A stretch of DNA of 64,000 nucleotides. Origin: Trichoplax adhaerens. Lineage: Eukaryota > Animalia > Placozoa. Shown here piece by piece: positions 30,189-43,573 of this stretch. The notes under the pieces were generated by a model that saw only the letters and a list, made by a program, of their open reading frames with translations, was not told where the DNA came from and searched no databases. How positions within the stretch are numbered: the first letter of the stretch is position 1; each line of letters begins with the position of its first letter. The stretch covers positions 3,863,454-3,927,453 of the forward strand of contig NW_002060946.1 in the NCBI RefSeq assembly GCF_000150275.1. Direction: 5' to 3'. Both the position numbers and the translations under genes were made by a program.

Positions 30189-32344
30189 ATGGCAAGAACC
30201 GGTTATCGCAAAACATTGCCATGGCTTTTAATTATATTAGGTAGGATCAAGTAGAACATACACTGCAGGCCTACATAAATACATCTGGCTGCATGTTCTT
30301 ATTTTTGCATATGTTTCTTTAGCATTGTTGCGTACAATCGCACATCGCTACGTACATATATGCTGTACAGTACTGTATATATATAGTGCAGTAGTACCTT
30401 AATCTCGGAGAGCATCAATTGCTCTACATGTACAGTATATCAACTCGTATAGCATAGGTAAATGATTGCGGTTTTGCTAATAGCAATTCGACAAAAATCC
30501 TCTACAAAACCACTCTTTTACTCAATGCGGCACATTTGTAGATTGAGTAATTACTTATACGTACGCTTATATATTGTACTGTACTATAGAACAAAGTAGC
30601 AAGATGGCTATTCTCAAGGCTAGCTTGTGAGAATAATCCTAGTCATCTCGTTCATACCAATAGTAATATTCAGCAGTGTCTGCTGTGCAATGCTGTTCGC
30701 TTGTCCTAAATGATTAAACCAACTGCTAGAAGCTTAAATGTATATGCACAGAATGCACTTAAAATATTATCCTGTAGTACTGTAGAGTTAAAAAATCTTC
30801 AATCGGTTATCTTTTTATTGTATAAGCTCCTAGTCTGATGTCTGATACCGTTATCAAACGTATCAATTTGCATTGTAGTATACCTTGTTTATGTCAATTT
30901 TTGGCCTCGGGAAAAACCGAATAACCAAGTTGGTGCAGTAATACATCAAGCGGCCAATCAAGAGAATGCAGCGTTGGATAAAGTAGCTTTGGATGCACCA
31001 GTATTGAATAAGGTAGATACTAAAGATGAATTAGAGGTACTTGAGGATACCACTATTTTGGAGAGAATGTTAGATTTATGTAATTCAGCAAAAAAGCCCA
31101 TTGTTGGTATGGAAGGTACCTTGCCGGACTCATTAGTATCTCAATACCAATTAAAGTCAGTTTATGCGGTTATGCGCCATGGCGATAGAACTCCTCTCAG
31201 AGCATCCAAATTAGCCCAAGATAGTAGTAAAGAAATCAAATTTTGGAAATCCAGATGTCATGATGCGGTTGGCTTCCAAAGAAAAAAGGTAGCAAGATAC
31301 TATAATGGTGTTGATGACAGAATTCAAATTAAATCTTTAGGTGATAACGCTAACGTTGGCCACCCTTTATCTCATGCTACATCTGTCTGCGACTATGGAC
31401 AACTGACTAATGCTGGTGTTGAACAGTTTTTAAAACTAGGGAATTTCTTTCAGGATATTTATATTAATCATCTTAAATTAATTCAAGAGGAGCATCTTCA
31501 TCAACAGGTCAGCTTTCGCTCTACGAAAGTGAGACGGACGCAACAGAGTGCTGCAGCATTTGTATTTCACTTTCTATCCAAGTTTGATCTGAAACGAAAT
31601 ATAGTTATTGTAGCTGGTGAAGATACTTGGTTTCGCGATTCCAATGATCAGCCTCGTGCGAAATGTGGCAAAATGAACGAAATTTGGAAAGAGAGTAAAA
31701 AAGAGAAAGGAATTATTCACAAGTTGCGAGAGATTGAGTCAGTCCTTGATGAACTCGCTCCTCTATTCAATAAATCTAGAATTCAAATAGGTAATATCAA
31801 GAAGATTGCTGATGATTTTATAACTAGAGTTTGTCACGAAACCGAATTACCTTGTGGACCAAAAGGTTGTCTGAGTAAACATCAACTAGCTAAAGTAATT
31901 CGCAGCTTAAATCTAGTATCAGAAACTGAATATGAACCAATTGCTCCTCTTGCTTTGTATCCATTACTTAAGCGAATACAAGAAGATATGTATAAAATTG
32001 TTACTAATTCATCGAGTAAAGTTAAGTTTTCATTAATGGTTGGACATGATTCTACAATTGCTCCGTTACTGTATAGCTTGAAGATCCATAACGAAAAATG
32101 GCCAAGGTATGCGGCAAGAGTAGTTTTCGAATTATGGCAATCGACAGCAACTAAATCGGAGTACTTTATACGAGTACTATATGATGGCAAGGTCGTCACA
32201 TCAAAACTGGAATTTTGCACTAGTTCTGATAATAAGGTCGATGTTAGTCAGCTATGTCCATATAACTCCTTTAAAGATTACATGAACAATAATGTATTAA
32301 TTAAAAAGTATGGGCAGAATTATCAAAAAATATGCCAAGGATAA
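30189..32344 (+). CDS. PXYLP1: type II membrane histidine acid phosphatase, 2-phosphoxylose phosphatase (PXYLP1/ACPL2)-like
   Basis: Exon 30189-30240 (MARTGYRKTLPWLLIIL, G|gtagga) plus exon 30879-32344 gives a short cytosolic tail and TM helix (LPWLLIILVYLVYVNFW). Motifs RHGDRTP, GQLT, RSTKVRRTQQSA, GHDSTI, PRYAARVVFELW. Subfamily less certain than family. Confidence 0.78.
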
Positions 32345-34344
32345 ACTCTTCTATATTGAAGTCTTTACCAGAGTTGATCTTTTATTGACATGAATTGTAA
32401 ATGAAATATTACTTCATAAAGTATCCTGATAACGATTGTCTAGTCATTTTTATGCAAATGGACATGGAAATTTCTATTTTCTTGTAATGTTTCTGAAGAT
32501 AACTGTGACAAGTGTAGTTACATACTTATACAGTATACGACCTTTAAAGAAGTCGTATAGATTGTTATATGTTTATAATTACAATAGGTTAGGTTTTCGC
32601 GTCATGACTACGCTGCAATGGTTGAAATTTTATTTTATAATACAGCATAGTGGAATAACGGTGATATAGCAGTAGTAAAGATTGTTGTACTGTACAATAT
32701 AAGTTATCTATTTAAATTCTACATTGAGATTTCTATTACTGTGTTGATTTATGTATAGTACTGTAATTGCTATTTTTAATCTTTATGGATGCATAAATTA
32801 GTGCAGTTTCTATGATTGAAATCATACGAATTTTCGCTTATCTTAGAATGACATAAGCTACTTAGATCATAAATTTTTATGAATTGAAAGTAAAAGTATT
32901 AGCTTTTAATACGTTATTGTATTGAAGCAATATAATATACGTAAAAAGCTTCTTACTGAAATCTCAATGTAAAAGATTTGTAAGATCTTTACGAAAGGAT
33001 GAGTTGCGTGTTTATTTAATATTGTAACAACCATAGCGTAGTGAAGTTACTGCGAAACGGTAGATTCTTTATTCAATTTTTAGACTTGTAAAAGTACAAT
33101 ATATTTTGACGACTGTTATTTACTCGGTTTGTGTATGCGCTGTACATTGTACAAGGATATTATTTGCGGTACATGTATTGTCATTACTGAACTGAAAAGT
33201 AATGATTAGTTTCTATAATCTAAACTATCAAGGATGTTATGGCACTAGGCTCGTATAACATTTAAAAAAAGCCGTAAGTTGAAGAATAAATGCTTTTACC
33301 CTTTCATGGTACGTAGATTCTTAGTACAGTAAGGGTGCGATTCTACAATACCTTTATTGCTTAGTTATAATTTATGGAGGCTACTTTAAAACTTTCACGG
33401 ACAAATTAAATTATAAAAGTTTTGTTAAGGGGTCCTTCGTGTTCATAATTAACGTGCTCGTGCTGAAGGTTAAGTTACTATTTTGCAGAGTTATCACTCA
33501 TATTTGATAACTGTAGTTTATAAAAAAAAAAAAATTACTGTACTTCATGGATACTTGGTAATCAAGGTTAAAAGGACTTTAGCCATTAGAAAGCTTACGC
33601 TATTACTACTTAAATCAACGTGATACTTTACAGCTAGTAATAAGTAAGTACTGTAGCACTTTGACCAGATCGTCAATAAAGTACTTCACCTCATCTAGTT
33701 ACAGCTATAAGTGTACATTAAATTTTTATCTCAACTGTAAATTATGAAGTTGAGATATCTTTTGAATAAATATAATTACATCGTTTTTAGCAATATTGAA
33801 TGAAATTGTGTGAGAAAATTGAATATTCGCGCGAGTGCTAATCTATGGAAAATAGCTGTTTTAATTGGTGGAGTGGTAATAAAGAATTGGTCACTTCTTA
33901 CGTACGAATTATACTCGTAATTGTTACTATTACGTGATAAGACTACTACGACTTTGCTCTTAAGAAAACGCAGATCATCCAATCATAAGATCAGAAAAGC
34001 ATATTTTATTTTTTACATATCATGAATAATTTGGTTCACGGTATAATCGAATAAAAGTCAAGCCGTACGATCGATTACATCAAACTGCAAACACCTTCAA
34101 CAGTTGAATGACTTTCAGTTAATTTGATCTTACAATGGCATCCAAAACAAGTATCAGAAAAAAAACGTAGCACGTTAATTCAGTGTTCCTGGCAGTATAG
34201 CATAGCTTCATTTTAAACACTAACAAAACTAAATGTTATTCAAAACACAGCACTGTTTATGGTGTAGCACATGTTGTATCCAGCTTTAGATAATTTATCA
34301 TGAACAGGTAAGATGAAGATGTTTCTTCTCTCACGTTACCCGAA

Positions 34345-35981
34345 CTAACCTACCAATAAGGTAGTATCAGTGGCAAACTTATAAGAAGGGATTTCTAGAT
34401 TTAACGGTGCAGGACCTTTCCTAATTCTGCCAGATGCATCATAGTGAGATCCATGACAAGGACAGAAATAGCCACCGAATTCACCGGCATCTGCAATAGG
34501 TACACAACCTAAATGTGTACACACTCCAATTAATACCAACCAAGAGGGGTCTTTCACTCGATCATTGTCATGTTCTCGATCACGTAGTTCGTCCAAGTTA
34601 ACATTTTGTTCTCGTTCAATTTCTGTTGCTGTACGATGACGGATGAATAAAGGTTTGCCCCGCCATTTGAAAGCTGCACTTTTACCTTCTGGAATGGTAG
34701 TTAAATCGACCTCTATTTGGGCCATAGCGAGAACATCTGCTGATGCACTCATAGTTGATACAAGATCTGTAACTACATTTTTAGCAGCGTGAGCAGCTAC
34801 AACCCCACCACCTGCAACCATCATATAGGTGAAAGCTCGGCGACCATCAGGATTGGTATTAGAAGTATCAGGATTTGAATTGGCTGCGCGACGGTAATTG
34901 TCGAAACTTGGTACCGTGATATCAGTATGGCTGTGACGTATTTGTGATTTCCCTATTTGAAATAATTACAAAACGAAATTAGAAACGACTACAATGTATA
35001 AGATATTTAAATTAAGTACGTTGTAAAAGGAGAATGATGGTGCTATAAAGTTAGTTGAGAATGAATCTTCCGCCTGTATTTGAATGAGTATTTTAATTCA
35101 ATTCGTAGACTGCAAGAATGTTTATTTTTACTGTATCAATTTATCTCTTAAAGCATTATTAACTTGAATGAATTACTTCGATGAAATCATGGATGGAGTC
35201 TGATCACATTTACTGTCAATTAAAAGTTGAGTTAGCTGCTTGGACTGAGCAGCTTCGCCTAACGTACTCAACCGTCTCGTACACGAGCACATCCTGCGCG
35301 GCACGTACTGTACAATACACTAGCAGTACAGTACTGTACCAGTGTCAATATTTCACTAGCGTTTTCGTAAGATGATGAATCGCCTTTCAAAATGATGTGA
35401 ATGTGATTAACAACAGTGATAAAATGTCTCAAGATGGTATTAACGATGGCTTGATGTATTGATGAATTGATAAGAAAGTCAAATGTATTGACATTGAAAG
35501 TGTCAGTACAATTTCAACTATTGTACAAAGTCACCACGGTGAATTAAGAGTATCCTAAGGTAGTGCCGTAGTTTGAAGTGTTCACCCCAGTGTAGGGTCT
35601 ACGCCTATCGCGATGTATTACTTTGCTTGCAGGCAAAAATGTAATAGTGATCAAAGAATAGATTGAACCAGTAGAAAGATGATATCCTCTATTTTAACAC
35701 GTAGTCGATTCATCCTTGACAAGTTTGCTAATGCAAACGTATAACATACGACTAGGTGAAATGAGAGAAGAAGAGTGTCTTATGCAATATTGATATGGAA
35801 GGCGATGACCTACCTGATGGCAATTGTTGGTTCTATTCGATGCAATGACAGTAGATCTATCATTGACTCCTATTTTGCTGGCTACAGATGAAATTGCCGG
35901 GATTAATCTTGTACTGGAACCATTCAAAAATGTTGAATGAACAATTTGGGGTAACCCCGAAGCAAGTCGTGAAGAAAACAT
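34345..35981 (-). CDS. UQCRFS1: cytochrome bc1 complex Rieske iron-sulfur subunit, mitochondrial
   Basis: Exons 35981-35750 (MFSSRLASG... presequence) and 34952-34345 join in phase 1. Motifs [60 protein letters not shown]. Confidence 0.97.
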
Positions 35982-36351
35982 GGCGACTACTGTGCCGTAT
36001 GCCGTACGCACTGCGATCGTTTCTGCGATCTTTGACAACACGAGTACAGTACAATGATCACCAATCTGGTTGAGTTTCACTCCAGTACAATATACTGTGC
36101 ACTACAATACTATGTGCTGTAAGTATCCAGTGTAAAGTACTGTATTCATGATGCAATTACTGTACAGTACTGGACGAGTGTACTGTACAGTACGTGCTGT
36201 AAGCCTGTCACTCGCTCGTACCTACAGTATAATACTGTAAGGTACGCCTTGCTCGTGAACTTTTTTTACGCTACAGTAGTATACAGTACAGTGTACAGTA
36301 CGTTTTTTCTTTCTTTCTTTTTTTTAGCTTTTTTTCTTTCTTTCTGATACA

Positions 36352-36990
36352 GGTACTGACTACCAAATTGGTCTGATTTGGTCATAAAATTGTGTTTTCA
36401 TATAATTTCAAAATTCGTCGGGAATTCTTCATCAGCCCCCTGCTACAGTACCTAGACCTGAGTCTGTACCAGAGATGTTCAAGGTCTTGTACTGTACCGT
36501 ACTGTAGAACAATACAGTACAATGTACAGTACAGTACACGGTACTATGTACCGTAAAGGCGACACAGTACCCTGTACTGTGGCAAAAATGATGCGCTCAC
36601 ACTCAACGCCACTAGAACTTTTAGCAGTGGTAAGAGTATCCCCATGGTACTGACTACCAAATTGGTCTAATTTGGTCATAAAATTGTGTTTTCATATCAT
36701 TTTAATCGTCGGGAATTCTTCATCAGCCACCCGGCACAGTACCTCAGATCTTCATGGTCTTGTAGTACGTACAATGTACAATTTCAATCGTCGGGAATTC
36801 CTCATCAGCCACCCCGGCATAGTAGCAGAGATCTTCATACTGTAGTTTCGTAGTACTGTACACTGTACAGTACAGTACATTACACAGTGTACTGTACCAT
36901 GTACTGTAAAACTGTACAGTACACTGTACTGTGGCAAAAAGGATGCGCTCACACTCAACGCCACTTGAACTTTTAGCAGTGGTAAGACTG
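36352..36990. repeat. imperfect tandem duplication (~295-350 bp period) in the UQCRFS1/ZC3H18 divergent intergenic region
   Basis: ggtactgactaccaaattggtc...tcgtcgggaattcttcatcagcc at 36352 and 36646 (third partial copy ~36788); tgtggcaaaaa.gatgcgctcacactcaacgccact...gcagtggtaaga at ~36578 and ~36930. Confidence 0.85.
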
Positions 36991-39265
36991 TAAGAGTCTG
37001 GTCGATAGTACGTCTGTATTCATTAAGGCGAAAAGCACCGCTCAACTTTCAAAGGCCATTTCTACAGGCTCTTTTGGACTCGTTGGCTCTCCTATCCTCT
37101 ATTTTATTCCAGGTAAGATAAGATATCACTCTATTTTTGCCTTTAAAATGCAGTAGCATGGAGAAAGCACAATACTACTCTCCTCATTTGGATGCTTTTA
37201 TGAATAGAATTGGTTTTTACATTTGCTTTCTAACTTTTGGGGGTCTTTTCACAGCAGCAATTGATTCCAGTAGTGGACCTAGATTGAGAGAGCACAGTAG
37301 ATAGAATAAAAAACTCTACCGATTGTGTAGATAGTCTACCGTTGAATACCCATCCAGTAGACTAAAAATCAAGGAAATAGTGATCATTGCATTTGCAACT
37401 GTCTTTTCTTGACTCTTGACGATCAACTGTACATGGTACAAGCGCTGTACTACAGTAGTCTCTTCAACGATGCGTCTCAATATTCTACAATAAGAATGAT
37501 ACGTAGACATGCTTATTAACACGCTGGTCCAAATTTCACCTGATCATAGCTGTAGTCATCTACCATTTCTACTCTATGCTGCATTATCGATAGACTAAAT
37601 ACAATCCAATCATTTTTATTGATGTGGCCGTAAAAGCAAACTGACTCTTGGCTATATCAAATCTTTTGAGCAACTTCAACGTGAACTCTCGTCATACTCT
37701 AGTACTGTATCACAAGGACACTACTATGCGTACAGTACTCTACTCTACTCTACCGTGAATAATACACGGGGAAATTGGAGACTCGCAATGCATTAATAGC
37801 AGCAAAATCAGATACCTCGCAGTGTGAGACAGCTAACGAACCATGGTAATTCAATCCCTATTTTAGAATTTAGCCGTAGAGATGTTGGTTCCGCAATGGA
37901 TACTAGATACATAGGTAGACAGCATAGGCTATAGTGCACTAAACGCTTTTATATCGTCTCTTGATAACGAGGGATGAACCGGAGTTGTTAACAGCATACT
38001 TGATGGCCATGATATCTTGAACAATAGTACAGTATGTGACGCGGATAGATCTAATTGATGCAGTAAAAGGCAAGTATTTCTTGCTGATCATCAGGTATAA
38101 AAGTGGATAGTAGAACGTAAGCGTTTAGAACAGATTTTAGAGTTGAAAATCAACGTAGAATTTCACAACTTCAAGTGCTCGATCAAGAAGAATTTCGAAT
38201 TTTTTATTATAGATATTTTTTTACCTACAGTACATTAACGTATCAACGATAGAATCATATCTAATATTGATCCCAGCGGTGAATAAGTTACTAACAGTAA
38301 AATAGAATGATAGTTGAAACTTTATAAGTACTCATACATGATTTAATTAATTCTTTTATGAGAGCTCCAACATTACTCTACTGCTACTTTGGAACAGTAC
38401 TGTACGGTAAAAATCTTTGTACAGTAAATATACAACATAACATTGAGTACTACTCGAAAGCAAGATAGCTCAGAGTGAAAATTCTGCTTATTTTACGGTC
38501 AAACTGTTACCCCTACAGTTATAGACATTGGCAATTAGTATGTGCCCAACGAGCAGTAAATGAAAGCGTCGATACAGTATCGTGCGACATGATGCTGTAT
38601 TCCAGACGTGAAGCTCTAGCGAATTTACTCTTAGTTATTTATACCCTTAATCATAAATTAGTGCTAAAAAGATAGTCGTCACTGATCATTGCCTGTTTAT
38701 TTTTAAACTGGACTAGCAACATTTTTCTTGCTTCTGTTTGCAGGCTATTGATTTTAAGCTGTGTACAATCTTTCTAGTTAATAGTTAGTTGCGTTACAGT
38801 TAGGATCCATCAACTGCAGCCTGTTTGTTGTACTATTTGCTCACCAATGTGATTAGATTATCTTGCTAATTAACTTTAATGCAGTACTAGTCAAAACAAT
38901 AGATACTACCAAGTGATCACTTATTTTAATATACCCGTACAGAAAGGGATGGATCGCGAGTCTTTACCAATATTTACGGTATCACCTAGTTAATGTAAAT
39001 AACTATGGGTTATTGATAATAATTATTTCATTAACATCCGGTAATTATGTTCTCACAGGCTGTTCACTACACTTTAGTCAACTACCCCTTAATTAATTTT
39101 CTCTATATTGTAATTTTATCTCCCTACAGTGACAATCTAATCTAGCTACTGAAGGAGTTCTACGCCACGTCGAATTCACACTCGATGCGTAATTCTTTAC
39201 AAAGTTCCTGTTAGAGTGGTACTGGACCTGAAATTGTAGATTAGAGGTGGTATTCTGCATTCTGT

Positions 39266-41248
39266 ATGGACGAAGGAGAGGCTAGTCGTAGAAGCGAAGA
39301 TGATTCTACCGATCGCGACAACCAGCCTCAAATAGATAAAGGAGAGTTTGATGATCAAAATGAAGTCGAGGAAAGCGGAGGCAAAGAATCTGAAAGGAAG
39401 TCACCTGCCAGTGAAGAATTAGAAGAAGGGGAGGTATGCAGTGACGAAGAAAAAGAAAATACGAAGCAAGACGTAAATATTAGTGAGGAAGAATCTTCAT
39501 CCAAATTGGACCAAGGTGAAATTGATCCACCCGTTGCAAATAGTCAAGTTCGCGACAGCAATAATAGTGGTAATGGTTTTGGCATGGTAGAGAATAGATA
39601 TCGCAACAATAGAAATGATGATTTAATGCGCAATTATGCTGCAGAAGATTGCGAAGCTCCTCATTCATATGACAGAGGTGGATGGAATAGAGACCAAGAG
39701 TTAAGGTATGATAGAGCTGCTCGTAAGCCTACCCCACCACCTGATAGATTAACTTCTGCATGGGAGCTCGGGATCAAGCAAGCGAGAGAGGCAAGAAAGA
39801 AAAGTGAAAAGAGAGGACAAACAAAAGATTCACAAATAGATAGCTACGAAAGTCGATATTATAAGGATGATTATACCAATACAGATGAAACTATTAGAAA
39901 AGAGAGAAGGGATGAAAATTACGATTATGATCGTCGCGATTCTAGAAGAGGAAACTTCAGGCGCGATTTCTCTCCATCGGATAAGGTATTCTATTAATAT
40001 TTTTTTTTATGTACTTTTTGTGATCAATTATTTTATCATAACTGACTTTATTTTTAATTTCTTACAGAGAAACTACGGTGGTCATTCACCCTCAGATGAT
40101 GGGTATATTAACTTGCTATTGTTTCTTAAAGCATTCAATTCGTACAAAGTCATAAATTTATTAGTAGTATCGACTAGACTTGGAAAGCTAATATTATGCC
40201 ACAATATTATACTGTAGATCCGAAGTAGGCTATCAACGTTCTAATCGCCGACCTGATGATTGGACTGACCCATGGCGGAGATCGCCATTTAGAGCTAGAC
40301 ATTCATCGGGATCTCATTGGAATCGAAATGACAGATATGAAAGTAGACGACGATATTCCAGGTCGTATTCTCGTGATAGAAGTAGAACTCGTTCGAGATC
40401 TAGGGATAGGTATCCTCGATCACGTCACAGATCTCCATATTTTAGGTCTGTTTATTACTCCTCCTATATAGTCGTTGTAAAGTTATGAGAATTTCAATTA
40501 ATCATGGCCTTGAAACCTGTATTTTACAGTCCGAGCCCGCACAGGAGTAGATCTCTTAGAAATCAGGGTCGTAGAGATTACGATGATGAAAGTTATCCAA
40601 TTCATTACCGTAGAAGATATGATGAAAGAGAGCCTTTCGAGCATGGTGATAACTCTCATGGGTACGACATTACGTAGTTTATCGAGCAAATATAAAATAG
40701 AACAGTAACAAACATATTTGTTATAAGCTATAAATGTCATAGCATTAATGTCATAAAAAGTTTAGACAAGTTATGGGGTATTTAATAGTTCGATTAACTT
40801 AAAGTACGTACTTTTTTACAGGAGATATCGAACCCCCTCGCCAAATTACCGAAGTTCTATGAACGAAAGAAGATCAAGATCGACATCGAGAGGCCGTTAC
40901 GTTAGTATCTCATATACATATATATGAATCACTAAAGTGCTACAGTATAGATGAACTTAACAGAAATCCTTTTATTATTCTATTTGCTAATTGAACAAGT
41001 TTTAACCGACTTTTATATCGATAAATTATTATCAGGAAAAAACCGGATCGGATAGACCTCATTCGGGATCTCGATCTCCGTCAAGATCTCCGCACTCTGG
41101 TAGATCGCGGAGGAGTACGAAATCTGGGCAGCAACCGAATTCTTCTAAGCGGAAAGAGCAACTATTACAAGAGTTGAAGGATGTTGAAGATGCAATTCGA
41201 AGAAAAAAGACTAAGGGCAGCATGCCCTTTAACGATAAGGAAATATAA
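39266..41248 (+). CDS. ZC3H18: ZC3H18-like nuclear RNA-surveillance protein (RS-rich), without a detectable CCCH finger
   Basis: Exons 39266-39985, 40068-40102, 40218-40445, 40530-40661, 40822-40900 and 41036-41248 splice in frame. Recalled ZC3H18 hallmarks: ELEEGEV, SAWELGIKQARE (cf. SAWERGLRHAKE), DWTDPWRRS, RS tract, C-terminal RKEQLLQELKDVEDAIRRKK (cf. RREELLKQLKAVEDAIARKR). A 5' UTR donor at ~37111 and acceptor at ~39129 are likely. Confidence 0.8.
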
Positions 41249-43573
41249 TTAAGATGGAAAGCTCGGAATTTCGCTTTCTTATAGCTCATCATATCCAATC
41301 ATATTCAGGCAATGTCATCTTTACTGTTTTATGATTGTCGGTTGTCTTTAGAGTTCTCATTAAAGCCTAATTGTTAACGACATGATCCTAATTTTATAAA
41401 GACATTACCTTGTTGTGTACAGGTTTTGTAATATATAGTTACGATTGTAATGTCATCCACAGAATTATCATACGTAATGTATCTTTTAACGATATAAAAA
41501 ATTGTAGTGTCACTATTATAATATATGTTGTACTGTACTTGATAGTATTGCGTATTTGCTCTTTACTGTAGATTGTATTGCAATAATCACAATATGACAT
41601 TTATTCATGTAGCAGTATCATCCAATGCTGCTTTTAAGTTAAAAATAACAAGCAGGTCATTTTAAGTACTAGCAACACAGTTGGCATATTGTAATTATCT
41701 GCGCTACGCTAGTCATTGTCTTTGCTAAAATTATGCATTAAATTTCTTATCAATTATATATTTCTTTATGGTAATAATTTTTTGTGTCGCGTTAAAAGCT
41801 TAGTTATCACTGCTATAGCTTTACGTAGTATTTAGTGATGTACTGTACTGTATCTACAAAATGTTTACTTTTTTTCGTGAATATCCGATAAAAATGAGAT
41901 TGACTACTGTATGTAGTACATGTACAGTGATCTGCAGGTTAGTATATATTTTCGATAGCCATCCTATACTGTGATGACGTTCAAGAACCATTTTAGTGAA
42001 GATTCAATTGATATACGCCTACTGCTATTTGCTAATGTTTACATTCGTTAAATCGAATCTGGTAAGAAGATATCAAAATTGTGTAGATATTTCGAGAATA
42101 CTATACTGTAGTAAAACAATTAAACTAGTTATCTGAATATGTTTTCATAGGTTTATTTCCTTTCACAGCTTATAGTTGTGGCTGCTTGAAATTATTTTAT
42201 TTTACTTTGTTAACTGAAATGTTTCACGACTCGAGGATCGTTTCATTTAGTTAAGTCGCTACTTATTTTAGATTACTTATTACTTATAGATACTCCCATA
42301 GCGCACATGTATATATCACAAATTTATATGCCGTTTACTTATCGATAAGTGCAATTTTTAGAGATTGCATTATCCGAGTCATAATCCTTACTGGTACTTT
42401 ACAGACGAGTATGAGACAAACTTTATTATATACTTAAAACTGTCTTAACAAAATCAATCGGTCAACGTAGTCAATGACTAGAAAAATATCGGTAGTCATC
42501 GATTTAGCATAAGCAATCAGTAAGTTTTGCTATAACGTAGTTAAGATATCAGTTTTAAATAATTAGATGGGTTATTTATTATATTATATCTCTATCATTA
42601 ATTTAGTACTCACATACATCAATGAATTAACAGCACGAGGCATAGCAGTGATATACGAACAGATTATTTCTAGTGAAGTTTTCTTTACGTATAATGTCTT
42701 TCTTTTAACGTAGGTATGAACGAAGGCAATTACGTGATTCGTCTTAAATAGCTTAGTGTAGTATACGAATTCATACACATACTCGTAAGTAACACTGTGA
42801 ATGATGAAATCCTTTCTCTATCGTAGAATCAATTGCCAATACTTCATGCTTTATCGATACACCTATGTATTCGACAGTTAAAAGCCTACTCCTGAATTTC
42901 TAAATTTGCTGTATTACTTACGCATATCATGGCAGACTGTAGTACAGAATCAGAAAGTTCTAAAGGAGTATTTATAATAGTAGCAAAAATATCGTGCTAT
43001 GATTACCTCTGTTCGAGGTTCAGTCACAAGTCGTATGATAAATCCAATATTAGGATATAATATATACATTTGCTTGTGTACATCTTTGTAATAGACTATG
43101 ATAGTAATGATATCGTTTTATCAATTAGATATAATTTATGCACTCGCTAGTTCTGTAATGGCTTTAAGACTTAAAAATTTTATGTAAAAAAGTTTATTAA
43201 TAATTATTAATTAGTGAAATAATCCCATGTTGTAGTTATTCCATGTGCGAAATTTTTAACCGTGCATAAGAAAACAAAAGCGTAACACTAAAAGTGATAG
43301 AAAGCGGAGCTCAGAGATGTGATAGATGCAAATTACAGTCACAATCGAATAACTGCAAGTATATATATATATACACAATTATACATATAAATATAAATAT
43401 ACACCAACAAGATCTATGATGATTTCATTAAGAAAGTGTGCAGATAGTTCCGTGAACTACGGAAAGAGATTTAAATCTTGCTGCAAGTGTGTCAAGATAA
43501 TAAATTGTTAGAAAATAAAGAAATTAGACGTTTAAAGGCATAATGTCACTTGTATGTAACGTCGACTAAAGTG

